Assembly (NCBI GenBank): GCA_026914245.1
Contig: CP110439.1
Location: 1,550,001 to 1,614,000, forward strand
DNA: 64,000 nt
Direction of reading: 5' to 3'
DNA from: Puccinia triticina
Taxonomy: Eukaryota
Positions 1 through 13,371 of the stretch are shown piece by piece; within the stretch, counting starts at the first letter, position 1; every line of letters begins with the position of its first letter. The notes beneath the pieces were generated by a model. That model saw only the letters and a list, made by a program, of their open reading frames with translations. It ran no database searches and was not told the DNA's origin. The position numbers and the translations under genes are program-made.

Positions 1-3000
1 CTGGTAAGAGTGAGCACCAATCATGAGTATAATTATCTTTGTCTTTAAGTTCCAATCCATAGGCACAATATCTTCTGATCATGTCTTCAAGAGTTTGAAT
101 CATCCTTTCAGCTAATCCATCAGTCTGTGGGTGATAAGCTGTGGAGAACTTTAATTGTGTACCACATAGATCATAAAGTCCTCTCCAGAATTCTGACGTA
201 AATTTAGGATCTCTGTCTGTAATAATGTATCTTGGGCATCCTACATCAGCAATTATCTTTTGCCAAAACAACATAGCTATATCAAAGGCTGTATTCTCTT
301 TATGACATGGAAGGAATTTGGTTCTTTTGGAAAATCTGTCTACTACCACTAGTACTGAGTTATAGTTATCTTGTCCTGCAGGAGGTAATCCTGTAACAAA
401 ATCCATATTAATGACAGACCATCTTTCAGTAGGTTCTTCAATTTCCTGTAATAGTCCATATCTCTTTCCTGTAGCTTTGTTGGCTTTTTGGCACCTTTCA
501 CAAGATTCACAGTAGTCCTTGGTTTCATTCTTAAAGTTTGGCCACCATGCAATGTGCTTTACTCTCTCTGTAGTGCGCTCTACGGAGAAATGCCCAGCAG
601 TGATATTATCATGGCATTCTCTAAGAAATAAATTGATATGTTCTCTTTGCACCAGTACTACCACACTAGTATGTTTGGTTCTATGGTAAAGTAATCCATC
701 AAGAAGGGAAAATCTGTCTTCTTTAAAAGCTGTAGCCCAGGGTTCTTCTAATGAGTTAATTAAATCCATATTCTTATACTTACTCTGTAGTATTTCTTTG
801 ATGGTAGAAGTATTCTTATTGGTATCATAGGATTTTCTGATTTCATCCCAGAATTCTTCTTCCATTTCACATACATGTAAACCAAGGATATCATAATTTT
901 CTGAAGGAGCATCATATGCAGGATTATCTTCATCATTCTCCAGGGGAAATAAAGCCATGATTTTTGCAGCAACTTCTCCGTCCCATGCTGGGTTCTCTGG
1001 TAAATTTTCTAGAGACCATCTGCTAAGACCATCCGCATTTTTATGGACATTTCCAGCTCTGTGAATAATAGTCATGCTTCCTCTCCAGATCTGAATAGCA
1101 ATTTGCCATCTAAGCATATGTCTATTGGGAGTTTTCATACCTAAGAGACTTTTAAGGGCTATACAATCAGTAATGACTTCAAAGTCACATCCATCCAAGT
1201 AGTAATACAATTTTTCAAGTGCCCATACTAGACAAAGACATTCTAGCTGGCTGGCTCCATATCTTTTTTCACTGTCTTTCAAGGTGCGTGAGATGTAGCA
1301 TATGACTCCTTCTCTGGGGACTTCAAAATCCTGTATCTGATGTAATGCAGCGCCTAAACCTTCCATTCTGGCATCTACATATAATCTGTAAGGTTTATGG
1401 GGATCAGGCATGAACAGTATTGGTGCTGATGTAAGTTTTTCTCTCATTAAATTAAAAGCTTCCACTCTAGTAGTTGTCATCTCAAAGGCAGTGTTGGGAC
1501 TACTGAGTTGGTAAAGTGGGCCACTTATTTTTGCAAAATCCTTAATGTGTTGTCTATAGTAACTTGCAAAACCTAAGAATGACTGTACTTCCTTCAGGTT
1601 AGTTGGCATAGGTTTGAGCAAAACAGCTGCTACTTTATTCATGTCTATAGCTATACTGAGTCCTGATACTATATGTCCTAGAGCTTTAAGTTCTTGAAAT
1701 CCAAATTGGCATTTACTCATTGATATTTTCATGTTCATTTTAATTACTCTTTCTAAGACTATGGTCAACTTCTTGAGGTGTTCTTCCCAGTCTTGGCTGA
1801 ATATGATAATGTCATCAATGTAAATTATAAGCCATCCCTCACGTAATTCTCTGTGGAATTCAGTATCCATCATTCTCTGGAAGTGAGATGGTGCATTTTT
1901 AATTCCAAAGGGCATTCTGAGATATTCATAAATACCCATATGTAATATGATGCGCAACAAATGTCTACTGTCTTCATGAATTACATTTTGGTGAAATCCT
2001 TTTAGTACATCCATGCAGGTAATAAATTTTGCATTCTTGAGTTGCGTGATTGCTTCACTAATCTTGGGCATAGGATACCTATCAGGAATAGTGTAGGTAT
2101 TGAGGGCTCTAAAATCACCAACCATCCTGGACTTATCATTATGCCATGCAATGATTACAGGTGTTGTAACTTCCACATTCTCATTTGCGCCAACCTTGCG
2201 CAGAACTTTCATTCTAACTAATTCATTTACATGTTGTTGCAAGGCTTCTCTGCTTCTAGGGGATGCTGGGTAGGAGGCTTTTCTCAAAGCTGGTGGATAA
2301 GGTCTGGAAGTATTAAGATTGATTCTTACTTCATGTCCTTTAATGCATCCAAAGGGTTCATCAGCTGTAGCAAAGGCCAATTTATGTTTATGTAGTAATG
2401 AGACTAATTTGTCTGTTTGTTCTGGTGTCAGATCTGGTGAAATTCTGGCGTCAGATATGGTGTTAGAGAATTTTGAGGCTTCCACAGCATTACATTCTAG
2501 TTGCTCTAATGTAAATTTTTCCGTAATTCCTAGTTCAAATTTAGTCAAGAGATCTCCATTAATTGTAAAGTATCTGCCATTACTGTTAATGACGTCAATA
2601 CCATAATTAATAATGTAATCATTACCAAGGATAATGTATTTCATCTTGAAATCTGCCATTACTACTAGCTCAACTGTAATTTGTACACTAGATCTTGTGT
2701 GAGGGAAAATAATATCTAGAGTAATGATACCTAGTGGGGACAATTTGCTATTGCAGCTGTAGAATTTCTCCTTCTTGACTGGGGATAGCTTGGTCTTCCA
2801 GTCAGGCATAATAGTGTCTAATAATTTGGGGCTAATTATTGAACAGAATGCTCCGCCATCAATGAGGCATTTGAGTTTATACTTGTTACATAGTATATTA
2901 GTAGTGTTGGTTCCTCCTGTAGTGTGCATATTACCTACTTGGTCAGGTTTAACTACTGGTAACTTCCTAATATTATGTGGGGCTTTATCCTCTGGGATCT

Positions 3001-3320
3001 TGGGAATATTAGATATAAGCCTGTCTGCTTTACATGTAATGGCGTGATTAGAATTGCTTGCTGATTCATCATCTGAGTCATCAGAATCACTAGGAAGGGA
3101 TTCTCCTGAGGAAATGCTAATAGTGTCACATGATAATTGGTTATCTTCACTCTGAATCACTGATATCTTCTTGCTGATCTTCTTGGGAAATTTGGTAGAC
3201 TTATGCCCAGTCTTACCACATTCATAGCATGTAATTTCTTTAGGAGCTGCTGGTTCTTTGGTCTCAGGTCTCTTATCTTTGTAATTGTCTCTTCTGCTTT
3301 TTTTGCTTCTCAAACCTGTT
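1..3320 (-). CDS. pol: Element A pol polyprotein (degenerate zinc knuckle, protease, RT, RNase H, integrase), running off the left edge
   Basis: Hand translation of the minus strand gives ITCYECGKTGH (~3200-3240), CLIDGGAFCSII (~2850), YIDD (1811-1822), YVDARMEGLGAALHQ (~1345-1385), GHFSVERT...CESCERCQK (~490-595) and INMDFVTGLP...VDRFS (~335-410). I did not check the whole frame for stops. Confidence 0.9.
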
Positions 3321-4472
3321 TACTACATCTTCAAATGTGGTAAATTGTGATGTAATTTTATCTTTAGTATCATTCTGCAGGTTTCTGAATCGTGATTCTA
3401 ACAAATTCAATTTCTGTAATATTTCTTGGTTGGTATTTTCTTGGTCTTCAACCAATTCTTCAGTTCTAGCCAGGGATCTAGTAACTTGGGTACTCAATAT
3501 TTCAAGAGCAGAGGGCGCTTCATCAAGCTTCTTATCCATACTCTCTAATTTATTCAAGATGACAGTAAAGGCATCATCTTCTGAATTTACTTGCTTATCT
3601 ACACGCTGTGTAACTTTGTGGCACAATTTCTTAAGATCTGATGACAGTTCTTTGTTACTTTGCGTAATTCTTTCTACAACAAAGTTAAGATTCTCTGTGT
3701 ACACATGTAGAGCAGTTCTGAAAGGAGTATCTGGATTGTTAACAACATTTAGAATTTCTGGGACATGTGATGCGTGTTCAGAACCAGAGTTACTATTACT
3801 GCTAAAAAAGTGGGAACTATTTAAGGATCTAGGTCCATCTGACGCTCTTGGCGGGCTATTTTGCCCTGCTCCAGATGTTGATAAGTGCCTTGGAGGGATC
3901 TGCCCAGGCGTATCATTTCTTCGTAGATTTGACTGCGCCATTGTTGATTGCGCCCAGTATTCCGCGGGTGTCTGGAATTCACATTTCTCCCCCTGCGTGA
4001 TTGGGGTCTTGAAGCTGGTCTGCGGCGCGGCGGGCTTCTTAATGGAGAGTGGTTTCGTCTGCGGGACGGCTGGTGGATTAGGAGGGATTCTGAACTGATC
4101 TCTATTGGGTTCCAATCCTTCGTCCTCTTCAAGGTGGATGTTAATCCTTTGAGATCTATCATCGCCTGGAAATCCGCCCGGTAATACTTGAGATGCGCTA
4201 TTATTGCCGCGTGGCTGCTGTGGTTGCGCACGTCCTTGAGCCACGTCTTGTAGCCTTTCATCCTGTAATAGTAGCGCTCGAACTTCTCTTCCGTCGAGAC
4301 TGTTAGGAGAAGATAGATTCTTAGTTTTTCCTTTCTTTGTAGCGTATATAATTTTATCTGCTACAGTTTGTTTAGCAGGTGGAAGAACTGACGCAGGTGG
4401 AAATCCTCTGCCTGGGTCTGATGAGCGGGTTCTTCCATTATAACCTCGAGTTCTGAGAGAAGGAGGAGACAT
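3273..4472 (-). CDS. gag: Element A gag-like ORF (low-complexity and coiled-coil N-terminal part; no capsid domain recognised)
   Basis: 399-aa ORF between the LTR/leader and the zinc knuckle-pol frame. Confidence 0.65.
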   Translation of the reverse strand: MSPPSLRTRGYNGRTRSSDPGRGFPPASVLPPAKQTVADKIIYATKKGKTKNLSSPNSLDGREVRALLLQDERLQDVAQGRAQPQQPRGNNSASQVLPGGFPGDDRSQRINIHLEEDEGLEPNRDQFRIPPNPPAVPQTKPLSIKKPAAPQTSFKTPITQGEKCEFQTPAEYWAQSTMAQSNLRRNDTPGQIPPRHLSTSGAGQNSPPRASDGPRSLNSSHFFSSNSNSGSEHASHVPEILNVVNNPDTPFRTALHVYTENLNFVVERITQSNKELSSDLKKLCHKVTQRVDKQVNSEDDAFTVILNKLESMDKKLDEAPSALEILSTQVTRSLARTEELVEDQENTNQEILQKLNLLESRFRNLQNDTKDKITSQFTTFEDVVNRFEKQKKQKRQLQR

Positions 4473-6313
4473 AATAGAAGTATTTTGGTTCAGTAGGTAT
4501 TTTTGTTTTTATTTAGAGAATTTCTTCAGGTGTAATGTACCTGAAGATTTATCAGAGATGGCTGGGGAATCTGCGCGCTGATTAGTATCAGTGGTTTCCT
4601 CTCTAGCCTCACGGGGTTGCGTGTTTTTGTCCGTAACTCCAAGGGATTGAAGTTCTGGGGTGAGGGTGTCAACGTTGGTGGACACTGTACACAATGAAAA
4701 ACACGAAAATATTAGTATTAAAAAATACCAATCTGACGGGAAAAGGGTAAGGAAAAAGATGTACTTTTCAGATTTTGGATTTTCTGAGTACTTTTAAAGT
4801 TATAGTGATTTTGCCGGAAAATCAGTGTAGGAATTTTTTCCTGTCGATGGAAAGGTCTGAATTTTTGTTGAATGAAAGCTGAGATGGTGGCGCAGAAGTG
4901 TATCAACTTGGTTTGTTGATTGCTCAAACGGCGTGGAGTGGAGGTCCTTTTAAACTCTTGGAACAGCGGTTCTACAAGAGGAGGGAAAGTATTGATGCGC
5001 TTGTACAGCGCTTTTGGGATCTGTAGGCTAGGTATGTTACTTCTAGTCTGATTCGCTAGGTTCGCGCGGTTTGATCGGCGGTCTAAGATCGTCTGTAGTT
5101 GCTCTAGATCAGGAGCTACAGGTGTTACAGTGATCCTGCTCGAGGGTTGCGGCTCGAGGGGGGTATGTACGGTAGGTATGCGCCTGTATGCGCTCTCTAA
5201 TTGAGTTAGGTGGAGTGCGTCTAGCGTGTAAATCCCTGTAGATCCTTGCAGATCCGGGGTAATACAGTAGTACAGTATAATTGAACTGTAATTGAGTTAT
5301 GTAGATCCTGTATACACAGGATGCGCACGGTGTATGTAGTACCACTTAGTCCCGCGACCTAATGCGCTCTCGAGTGGGAATGCAGTACAAATGCTTTCCT
5401 GCCGTAGGAATGGTAGAGTTTGGAGTCTCACGAAAAAAACCTAGTAGTGGAAATCGACCCTTGCGGTTCGATTGGTCTACTCAGAATTTTCGTATCTATT
5501 CTCCTTTTGGGGGGAACAAGAGTTCCGGTGTGTTTTCTGCAGAGAAAATGAATGAAATTCACTAGAATTTCAATGTGTAGAGTCAACCAAGTGTGTATGA
5601 TTCAATTTCTATGGGTTTTTGGCGAAATAGAGACAATTTTTCCAGTACAAAAAGAGAGAGATAGTCAACAATAGGATGATTTTTTATGGATTTTTCCGGT
5701 TTTATAGAAGGAAACAGGGTGAAGAGTCTAGGAAAATGATGAGAAAATAAGGGAGAATCTAAGACACAATCACGGGAAATCTAGTTAATGATTTGACTTC
5801 TCTTTCTGCGCGTAAGTTGCGGAGGAGGGCCGTCAGAAGTGAAGGGGGGAAGCGTGGAGTAGGAGGTATGTTCTGTATAAGAGCAGTATTCCTCGTCAAA
5901 GGGAGGATATCCAAATGTAAAAGCTGTAAGTTGTGGTTTTCTAACAAGTTTAGTTTGTTCTTCTTCCACAAATTCTGATTCTTCAGTAGTATCAATAAGT
6001 GTACCGTCAGGATGATAGATACAAGTTATCTACAAGTTATCCAAAGAGTACTGTAAGTAATCCAGGTACAGGTGTAGAATTGGTCCTCTCCAATCAGTGT
6101 ATGGGTTTTTCTGATGTGTTCTTGGACTTCAAGGTTATTAGGGTCTTCCTTTGTGTATTTCTGTAATTTCAGGAGGTTGGAGTTGGGTTTGAAATCACAG
6201 ATAATGGTGGTCATTTGTCTTTTAACAAGACATTTTGACGTAAAAATGGTAAGGAAATAGGTATGTTAGTATGATTTTCACAGTCTGGGAGTGAGAATCA
6301 CGGATAAATAATA

Positions 6314-6326
6314 GGCCAGACCCCCA
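6314..6326 (-). promoter_or_regulatory. Primer-binding site of element A (tRNA-Pro-like)
   Basis: TGGGGGTCTGGCC lies 2 nt inside the LTR end; TGGGGG is the start typical of tRNA-Pro PBSs. Confidence 0.55.
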
Positions 6327-6328
6327 AT

Positions 6329-7279
6329 TGTCAGCCTGTATGTAACTAACCGTGTCTGAGAGGGTTGTTACTATCAAGATGATGGTGTAAGATGCCAAGG
6401 ATGGGCCAATGGGTTCGTGGTAAGACCTGTAAAAGGTTTCACTCTATCAGTAATCTTGACTGAGAGGCTTGCTCAATTAAGGCACATCCAGATCAACACA
6501 GGGTGTTAATAGGCATCCAAGGAATAACTCAACTTGGGTTCGTGGTTTTACCTACAGAAAGGTAAGGGTAATCAAGAGTTGAGAGTATTCCTGAATTGAA
6601 AGATGGGTGAGAATGAAGGCACTGTTTAACTATGTATGTGTTAAACCTTGCTATAATAATATTCTGAGGGATAAACAGTCCTGGGGGGCGTGTTTATATA
6701 GAAGGGAATGAGCAGGAGGGAACATGAGGCGCTTGGAGGCGCTTGAGGACCAGGGGGGAACTGGAAGCGCTCAAGGGAAGCAGATCCTCATGAGGATCAA
6801 CATTGGAAATGATCAGGGCAGTGTAATGATCAGTACTGATCCTGGATCAGTAGCTGTGTACACTAGCTGATCATAACCAATCATTGATTCCATTCAGTGC
6901 TCTTTGAATTGGATTACATCATGTATTGTTTATGTATTTATATCATAACCAATATGTTATGTAAATAGGTACTGAGGCGTAACAGGGGATAAATGAGTGA
7001 TACCTGTCTTGGTGTATTTCACGTGTACAGTAATATTACAATGTATTGTAATCTTACTGTTGCACGTAACTTAACTCTCATAACAGCAGTACATTATGGT
7101 AACTGTATTTAACTATGGTTATCTGTAATGTAATGTATAACAGGAGTACATTCTTAAGCTTGTATCTAATGATATACATATGTAATAAAGGCGTAAAAAG
7201 TAATGTACTATATGTAATGTGAACAATTGCAGGTACTTGGTACGTGTAAGGTACTGTGACATGTACTCTGTGGCTGACA
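6329..7279 (-). repeat. 5' LTR of element A (951 bp)
   Basis: TGTCAGCC...GGCTGACA 8-bp inverted termini; adjacent PBS-like TGG motif on the minus strand. Confidence 0.85.
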
Positions 7280-9775
7280 TCCAGCCGCTCAACAAGGTGA
7301 CTATCAAGGACGCGGGAATTCCGCCAGCTACGGAGGAATTTGTTGAGTCCTTCACGGGACGGGCCTGCTACGGCTTAGGGGACATCATGGGCGGCTACGA
7401 CGAGCGCGCCCTGGACCCCATTTCTAGACCCTTGACGACCTTTGATACGCCGCTAGGACGCTTTCAGCTCACGCGCCTTCCGCAGGGCGCTACCAACTCT
7501 GTGGCCATCTACCAGGCGCAGATGGTCTGGATACTGCAAGATGAAATCCCGGATCATGCCGGCATCTTTATAGACGATGGGGGCATCAAAGGGCCCGTCT
7601 ATGATTATGACAACGAGCTCCTTCCTTGGCACTCAGGAATCCGCCGCTTTATTTGGGAGTACGCTACAACACTCGAGCGGGTTCTCTTTCGCATCGATGA
7701 ATCCGGGCTAACGGTTTCAGCGTTGAAGTTGGCCGCGTGCGTCCCAGCACTAGAGATAGTCGGACACGTAGTATGCAAGGAGGGTCGCAAGATGTCGGCG
7801 AACAAGGTGAACAAGATCATCTCGTGGCCAACACCGGTGAACCCTACGGAAGTGCGCGGGTTTTTGGGAGTCGTGGTTTATGTAAGGATCTTTATACCTA
7901 AGTTGTCCGAGGTTTGCCTCCCTTTGCGGCGTTTGACGCGTAAGGACGCGGTTTGGGACTGGACGGGAGAATGCAAGGAAGCCTTCGAAAGGTTAAAAGT
8001 TATCGTTGGCAAGGACATAGTTTTGGTAAAGATTATGTACGGCTCTGAAGCGGGTCAGCTGAAGTTAGCGGTGGATTCTAGTTTCCACGCGGCCGGTGCG
8101 GTTCTTACGCAACAAGACGCAAACGGGCTTGATCGGCCGGCTCTTTACGAGTCTCTTCTGTTCTCAGACGTGGAATCCCGTTATTCTCAGCCTAAACTCG
8201 AACTGTGCGGCGTAGCGCGGATTCTCAGGAAGATGCAGACCATACTCTGGGGCCAGCACTTTGAGCTACAGGTCGACGCACATTCTCTGATTGAGATGAT
8301 CAATGCGCCCATGACGCGTTGGGTCGCTTTCATTCAGCTGTTTTCTTTCAATATTGTCCACCGGTCAGGGAAGTCTTTTACCATGCCCGACGGCCTCTCA
8401 AGACGCCCTCGAGGAGACGACGAGTCGGAGCCCCCTTTAGATTTCGACGAAGAAGCACCTCTCATCATAGCACGACACTCCTACGCAGTTGCCGCAGAGG
8501 AAGCTTATTCAGGCTATCAGGAAGGCTATTGGCGCTGTATGGAGCTGTTTCTAGCTACGCTGCTTAAGCCGGACGGGATGGACGCGAAGGATTTTCGAGC
8601 GCTGAAGCGCCGGTCGTCGGAGTTTTTCTTGCAAGCCGGAAGACTGATGAAGAGGGGAAGTCCCCTACCTCGTATTGTAGTGACCATCCTGGCGAAGCAG
8701 CAGGAGATACTGACTAAGCTTCACGAGGATCTGGGCCATAGGGGCTCCACGGAGACGTATCGACGGGTAGCGGAGCGCTTTTGGTGGCCGTTGTTAAAGG
8801 AGGCGGTTGTCAGGTGGTGTCGCAGCTGTGCAGTGTGAGGCGTGTCAGAAAAAGGACCTTAGGCGCCCGCAGGAGTTGCGCTATCCTACGGGGGAGTCGA
8901 CAGTTTTCGGGCGCGTATCTATGGACGCCGTACATCTTAAAGCCGGCGGCGCTAAGTATTTGATAGTGGCGCGTGATGATTTCTCCGGGTGGGTCGAAGC
9001 CAAGATCCTTAATAATTTGACCTCAGAAGCGGTGGCCGCGTTTTTGCAAGAACACTGGACTATGCGCTATGGTCTAGCGCGGGCTTATTCGACGGATGGC
9101 GGTTCCGAATTTGGCGGCGCGCTATCGGATATGTTACGCGCACTACCCGGGCAACATCGAGTCTCTACGCCTTACTACCCTGAGGGCCAAGGAATGGTGG
9201 AACGTGGCCATGGCCCCCTGAAGGCTGCGTTAGTCAAGCTGGCGGGCGAGAGCGGCAAGAACTGTTGGAAGTTTTTGCCCTTGGTGTTGTTTGCCGATCG
9301 AATATCGACCAGGAGGACGACCGGTTATTTGCCGTATGAAGTGGTGTTCGGGCAGCGGGCCGTGCTCCCCCTTGATCTGGAAATTGAGTCTTACTTAGGA
9401 GTTGATTGGGATTCTGTGAAGGATACTGCCGACCTTTTAGCCGCGCGTTCTTTGCAACTCGAGCGCAGCGAAGAATCGCGCGGCGTTGCCTTCAAACAAA
9501 TGATGGACGCAAGGGGGGAATCTGTACGGTACTCTCAAGAGAAGAACGCGTCGCGACTACGGGAGCCACTCAAGGCCGGGGACAAGGTTTTGGCGTACAA
9601 CCGTTCTTTGGAGATTCAGTGGGGGCAGTTGTTTGCTCATCGTTGGAACGGTCCCTATTGAGTTGTGAAGCAAGTCCAGGGCGGTTCCTACGTTTTGGAG
9701 GAGCTCAAGCGGCGCTTCGCCGCGGATCAAGTGAAGATGTTCTTTTCCCGGGAGGACATTCTTGACCAGAAGTAA
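7280..9775 (+). pseudogene. pol: Element B pol, disrupted
   Basis: ORFs 7219-8838 and 8807-9661. There is a 7-nt insertion at ~8830, a TGA at 9659 and in-frame deletions relative to C (NAP[SLPNAP]MTRW). Confidence 0.9.
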
Positions 9776-9965
9776 GTTCCTCTCCAAGTATGAATCGCCA
9801 GGGTAGTTACTACCGCGTATCGTCGAAACCCTACTTTATGCCACAATCGTGAGCACTGCAGACGCGCCTGGTTGTTTCCTTCTTCCTCTCTTTAGGTACT
9901 TGGATTTTTTTTAGGCAAGGACACGGGACAAGCAGTCTAGGGACAGACTGCAAGTCGTGGGTGGA

Positions 9966-10785
9966 TGTGGTGGACAGATCAGTACACGGGGCAAATTGAG
10001 GATTTCTTTGCGCATGGCGCGCGCCGGAGGACGTCAAGACTCAAGATTCAAGCTTTCAGCCTTCAAGGCCTCCTCAAGCTCAACAGCGCAGCGTGGCGCG
10101 CATCCTCAAGACGTTTCAGGCCTTCTTCCCTCTCACCTTTTTCCCTTCTTTCCTCTTGTTTCTTTGTTGATGGTTTTGTTTTCCTGTTAATTTTCTTTTC
10201 ATCAAGTTTTGTTATTTTTCTATTTCATTTTGCGCGCGTTGGTTAGGTTTTGGATGAGGAGGGTTGGTTTGTTTTGTTTCTGTTTCATTTTGTTTTGTTT
10301 TGTTTCTGTTGTTTTGTTTGTTGTAGCGCGCGGGTGCACGCTAGGTTGTGATGAGATGTCTGCTACATGTCACCAACTCCAAGGTTTGAGTTCAGTTCGA
10401 ACTCAGGCTTTGGAGCGGCATGGACCTTCTCTGAACCATAATTTTCAGTTCTTCCATCAAAATCTTAAAGTTTATTATTCCTGGCGTCTTCCGCCCGTAT
10501 CTCTGAGTTTCTCACGTCTTCAAAGTTCAGTTTCCCCCGCAACAACGATCCCCTCCAGCTATCTGGTTTAGATCACACCCCCGCCGGCAGTATCCCCGGC
10601 TCTCCTCTCAACAAAAACCGCCGACGCGCAATTCCAGCCGTCGTAAAATGAATCCCCCCCTACACTACACAATTCCCACAGCGCTCACTCACGGCCAATC
10701 ACCCCGGAGGGCATACGGAGCCTACTCTCTCTTTTCTTTCCCCTCCCCAAACTGCTGCCGGCCTAGCACCGGCCAGAGTTCCTCA
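9966..10785 (+). repeat. 3' LTR of element B
   Basis: TGTGGTGGAC...GAGTTCCTCA, preceded by AGTCGTGGGTGGA (PPT position); homologous to both LTRs of C. Confidence 0.9.
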
Positions 10786-11740
10786 CCGTGCCTCATATCA
10801 TCAAAGAATTTTAGTCTTATAAAACAAAAGTCATACATTTCTTATTAATATAAATCTTCATGGAAAAGACCAAAAAGTGCAGGCAGAAGCATAAACCCGT
10901 GGCGTGGCAGCCATTAAGGACTCTTCTGGGCCGGAAGCACTGCTTTGCGGGGCGACGTCATCCGGGATAGCGATCTAGAAAATGTAAATATTTGCAACCT
11001 GATTAATACAGCGCTCGTGGAGAGCGCGCGACAAGGTTTATAAGAAAGCGGAAGCCTGTTGCATTTCCAATTGAAGTGCGGCATTAATTGGTGTACACGG
11101 CAGTTGCGTGGCGCCGGCAAAGCGCCCAAAGTTCGGTTGTCAATTTGACGGACCTCCCCCAGCCATTGACAACCGTTCACAAGCCGGTCTCCCGTCAACC
11201 GTCAAGCGGACCGACGACTTTACCAGCACGCCCGGCGATGCGCAAATGGACAACCCGCTGGCAAAGGAAAGGGCGGGTTGACCCATCCGGCAATCTGCCA
11301 TTGAACCCAAAACGTCAAACCACCCCCCCCCCAGCCCTGAAACGAAAACGGGTCGTTCCAGCCTTGATCGCAGGCTCTCTGAGCTCGGTTTGGCACTTTG
11401 AGACACTCACAGCAGGTTTTATCGGCCACCAGGGCACATTTTTTGTTTTTTATTGCATTTTACAGTTTTTTTTTGTTTTTTATGGTTTTTTTTGTTTTTT
11501 TTTTGTTCTTTGATTGTTTTTTTTTTTGTACAACAGTCTACTGATACGGAATGAATAGGGAAGATTAGAAAAAGGGGAAAGGGAATGTACGGTCACCACG
11601 CTATGGGGCAAGGGCAAGGGCAACTTCTGCTTGTAGAAGCACCGCCATATCTTCTTGAGATGGTTCAGCCCCGTACTGTGCGATGAGTGACCGTGTTTCA
11701 ATGTCACATTCGAGGGCGGTCGGGACTCAAATCCACTCTG

Positions 11741-13371
11741 CCGGGACGTTGGGAAACATCACGTTCCCAGGGAAGAGATCCCGATCACGCCTCATGATAA
11801 GCAATGTGAATCTAGCAGAGGAGGAAAGGAAGGTAGTCAGCATACATAGAACTGGGGCTCAGCGAGAATAGGGACACTTACGCCTGAAGTTCTACAAAGC
11901 TCTTCTCCCGAATGGCTTCTAACTGATCATCTATCAGGTCCCATTGAGACCTCGTGTCCCCAGGGGCACGGTGTAGAAGATGATGGACTGTCAATAACCA
12001 GAGCATGGCGATGCGCACAATGACTCCAGAGTTGATATCTCCCCGTATGTTGTCTGGACCTTGCAATATCCCCCTTGGCTGGAACGAGCGCTCGATAGAG
12101 ACAATTAGTTCAAACAGCTTTGGGACCGGCCCAAGCTCACAAGGCCGCGAGTCTTGTCAAACATTTGACAAGAGCTAAGAGGATCAATATCAGAGATCAG
12201 CCAATTTACCGAGACAACAAGACAAAAAGATAACCGAGACAAAAAAAAAGATACAGAAAGTACTGACCAAGTTGCGCATGTGAGTTCGCTCATGCTTGAC
12301 CATTCCGCGCAAGAAGGTTGCGAGGCCCGCCATGGCTTCGTGATTGTGGGGAATCCCCGCGGGAAGGTTTTGTCTCCGGAAAGCTGGAGACTGCTCTAAT
12401 ATGTAGCTCTGCAGCGCAATCAAAGATAACATCAGCGCGCAGTGTTGAGTTAAAAAAACTTGTGCTTACTTTGATTAAGGGCAGTGGCGAGTGCACAGAG
12501 ATTTGCCCATGTGCCAATTGTGCCCGGCTGTACGATTCAAGTGTGCTTTGCATTAGGATCTCTTGGATCCTTTGACGCACTCGGGTCTGTTTAGGGAAGG
12601 GAAACTGGTCAGCTTCATTGACCCTTGTGGAGAATATGATGACTTACACGGAAAACCTGGGAATAAACATGAGCGGTCTCATGGGCGGGGTCAGCTGCGG
12701 CGGGTAATGCAGCAGTGAGGCGGCGTTGGGTCAACCACATGACAACTTGTAATTGCCAGCGGGTTTCCTCGGGGGCCTGAGCAATACAGCAGCTTGGGTA
12801 AGTGAGGTTCTCTATTCACACAGGAAAAGGAAAGAGAAAACTTACGTTGAATAGTTGCTGCGCTAGCTGAAGGTCTGTATCCAACAGCTGCGCAGATGCG
12901 AGCATGGAATCAACAAGTGGGTGGTTACCCACTGGGGGAGCACGACGAGGAGGGGCGGGGACTGCAGGAGCTGGACAATGGTCGGCACGTGATGCGGGCT
13001 TTTGCAGGGGTTGGTGGACAGCTGCGTATGGTTGCGGCGGTTGGTGGACAGGTTGCGGGGTTGGGCGGATCACAGCTGAGGGGGTTTGAGCGAGAGGAGG
13101 GGGAAGCTCCTGGGCATCACTTGGAACGGTGATATGTGGAGGACCTTGGGGCGGCGGCGGTCGGATGAATCCGTCCATGCTACCATAATTACTATAAGCC
13201 TTGTCATTGGAGGTCGATGCACATACCTTGTCCACCAGGCTCTCATTTTCGGACATGAGTTCTGGTTGAGGAATGGGGGGCCCATGGTGGATGATTGGAT
13301 TTGGGGGGGGGGGGGGGGGGGGGGGGCGGATTGTTGGCGAGTCGCCTTGTAGTGACGCTGGGGGTTCGACT
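11741..13371. repeat. Left copy of a 1.6-kb direct duplication flanking element C
   Basis: Near-identical to 22443-24057; the same ORFs are listed in both copies. Confidence 0.95.

Larger units (their letters stand above)
1..7279 (-). mobile_element. Ty3/gypsy LTR retrotransposon A (5' part), inserted into the RT of element B
   Basis: Domain order PR-RT-RH-IN and an LTR at 6329-7279. Element B RT sequence (..tccagccgctcaacaag = LQPLNK) resumes at 7280. Confidence 0.9.
7280..10785 (+). mobile_element. Ty3/gypsy LTR retrotransposon B (3' half: RT, RNase H, integrase, 3' LTR)
   Basis: RLPQG and FIDD RT motifs, VDSS RNase H, HHCC and rve integrase, GPY; closely homologous to element C. Confidence 0.92.

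Noticed and set aside
7219..7279. N-terminus of the 539-aa ORF
   Set aside because: Chance read-through from the LTR of element A into element B RT.
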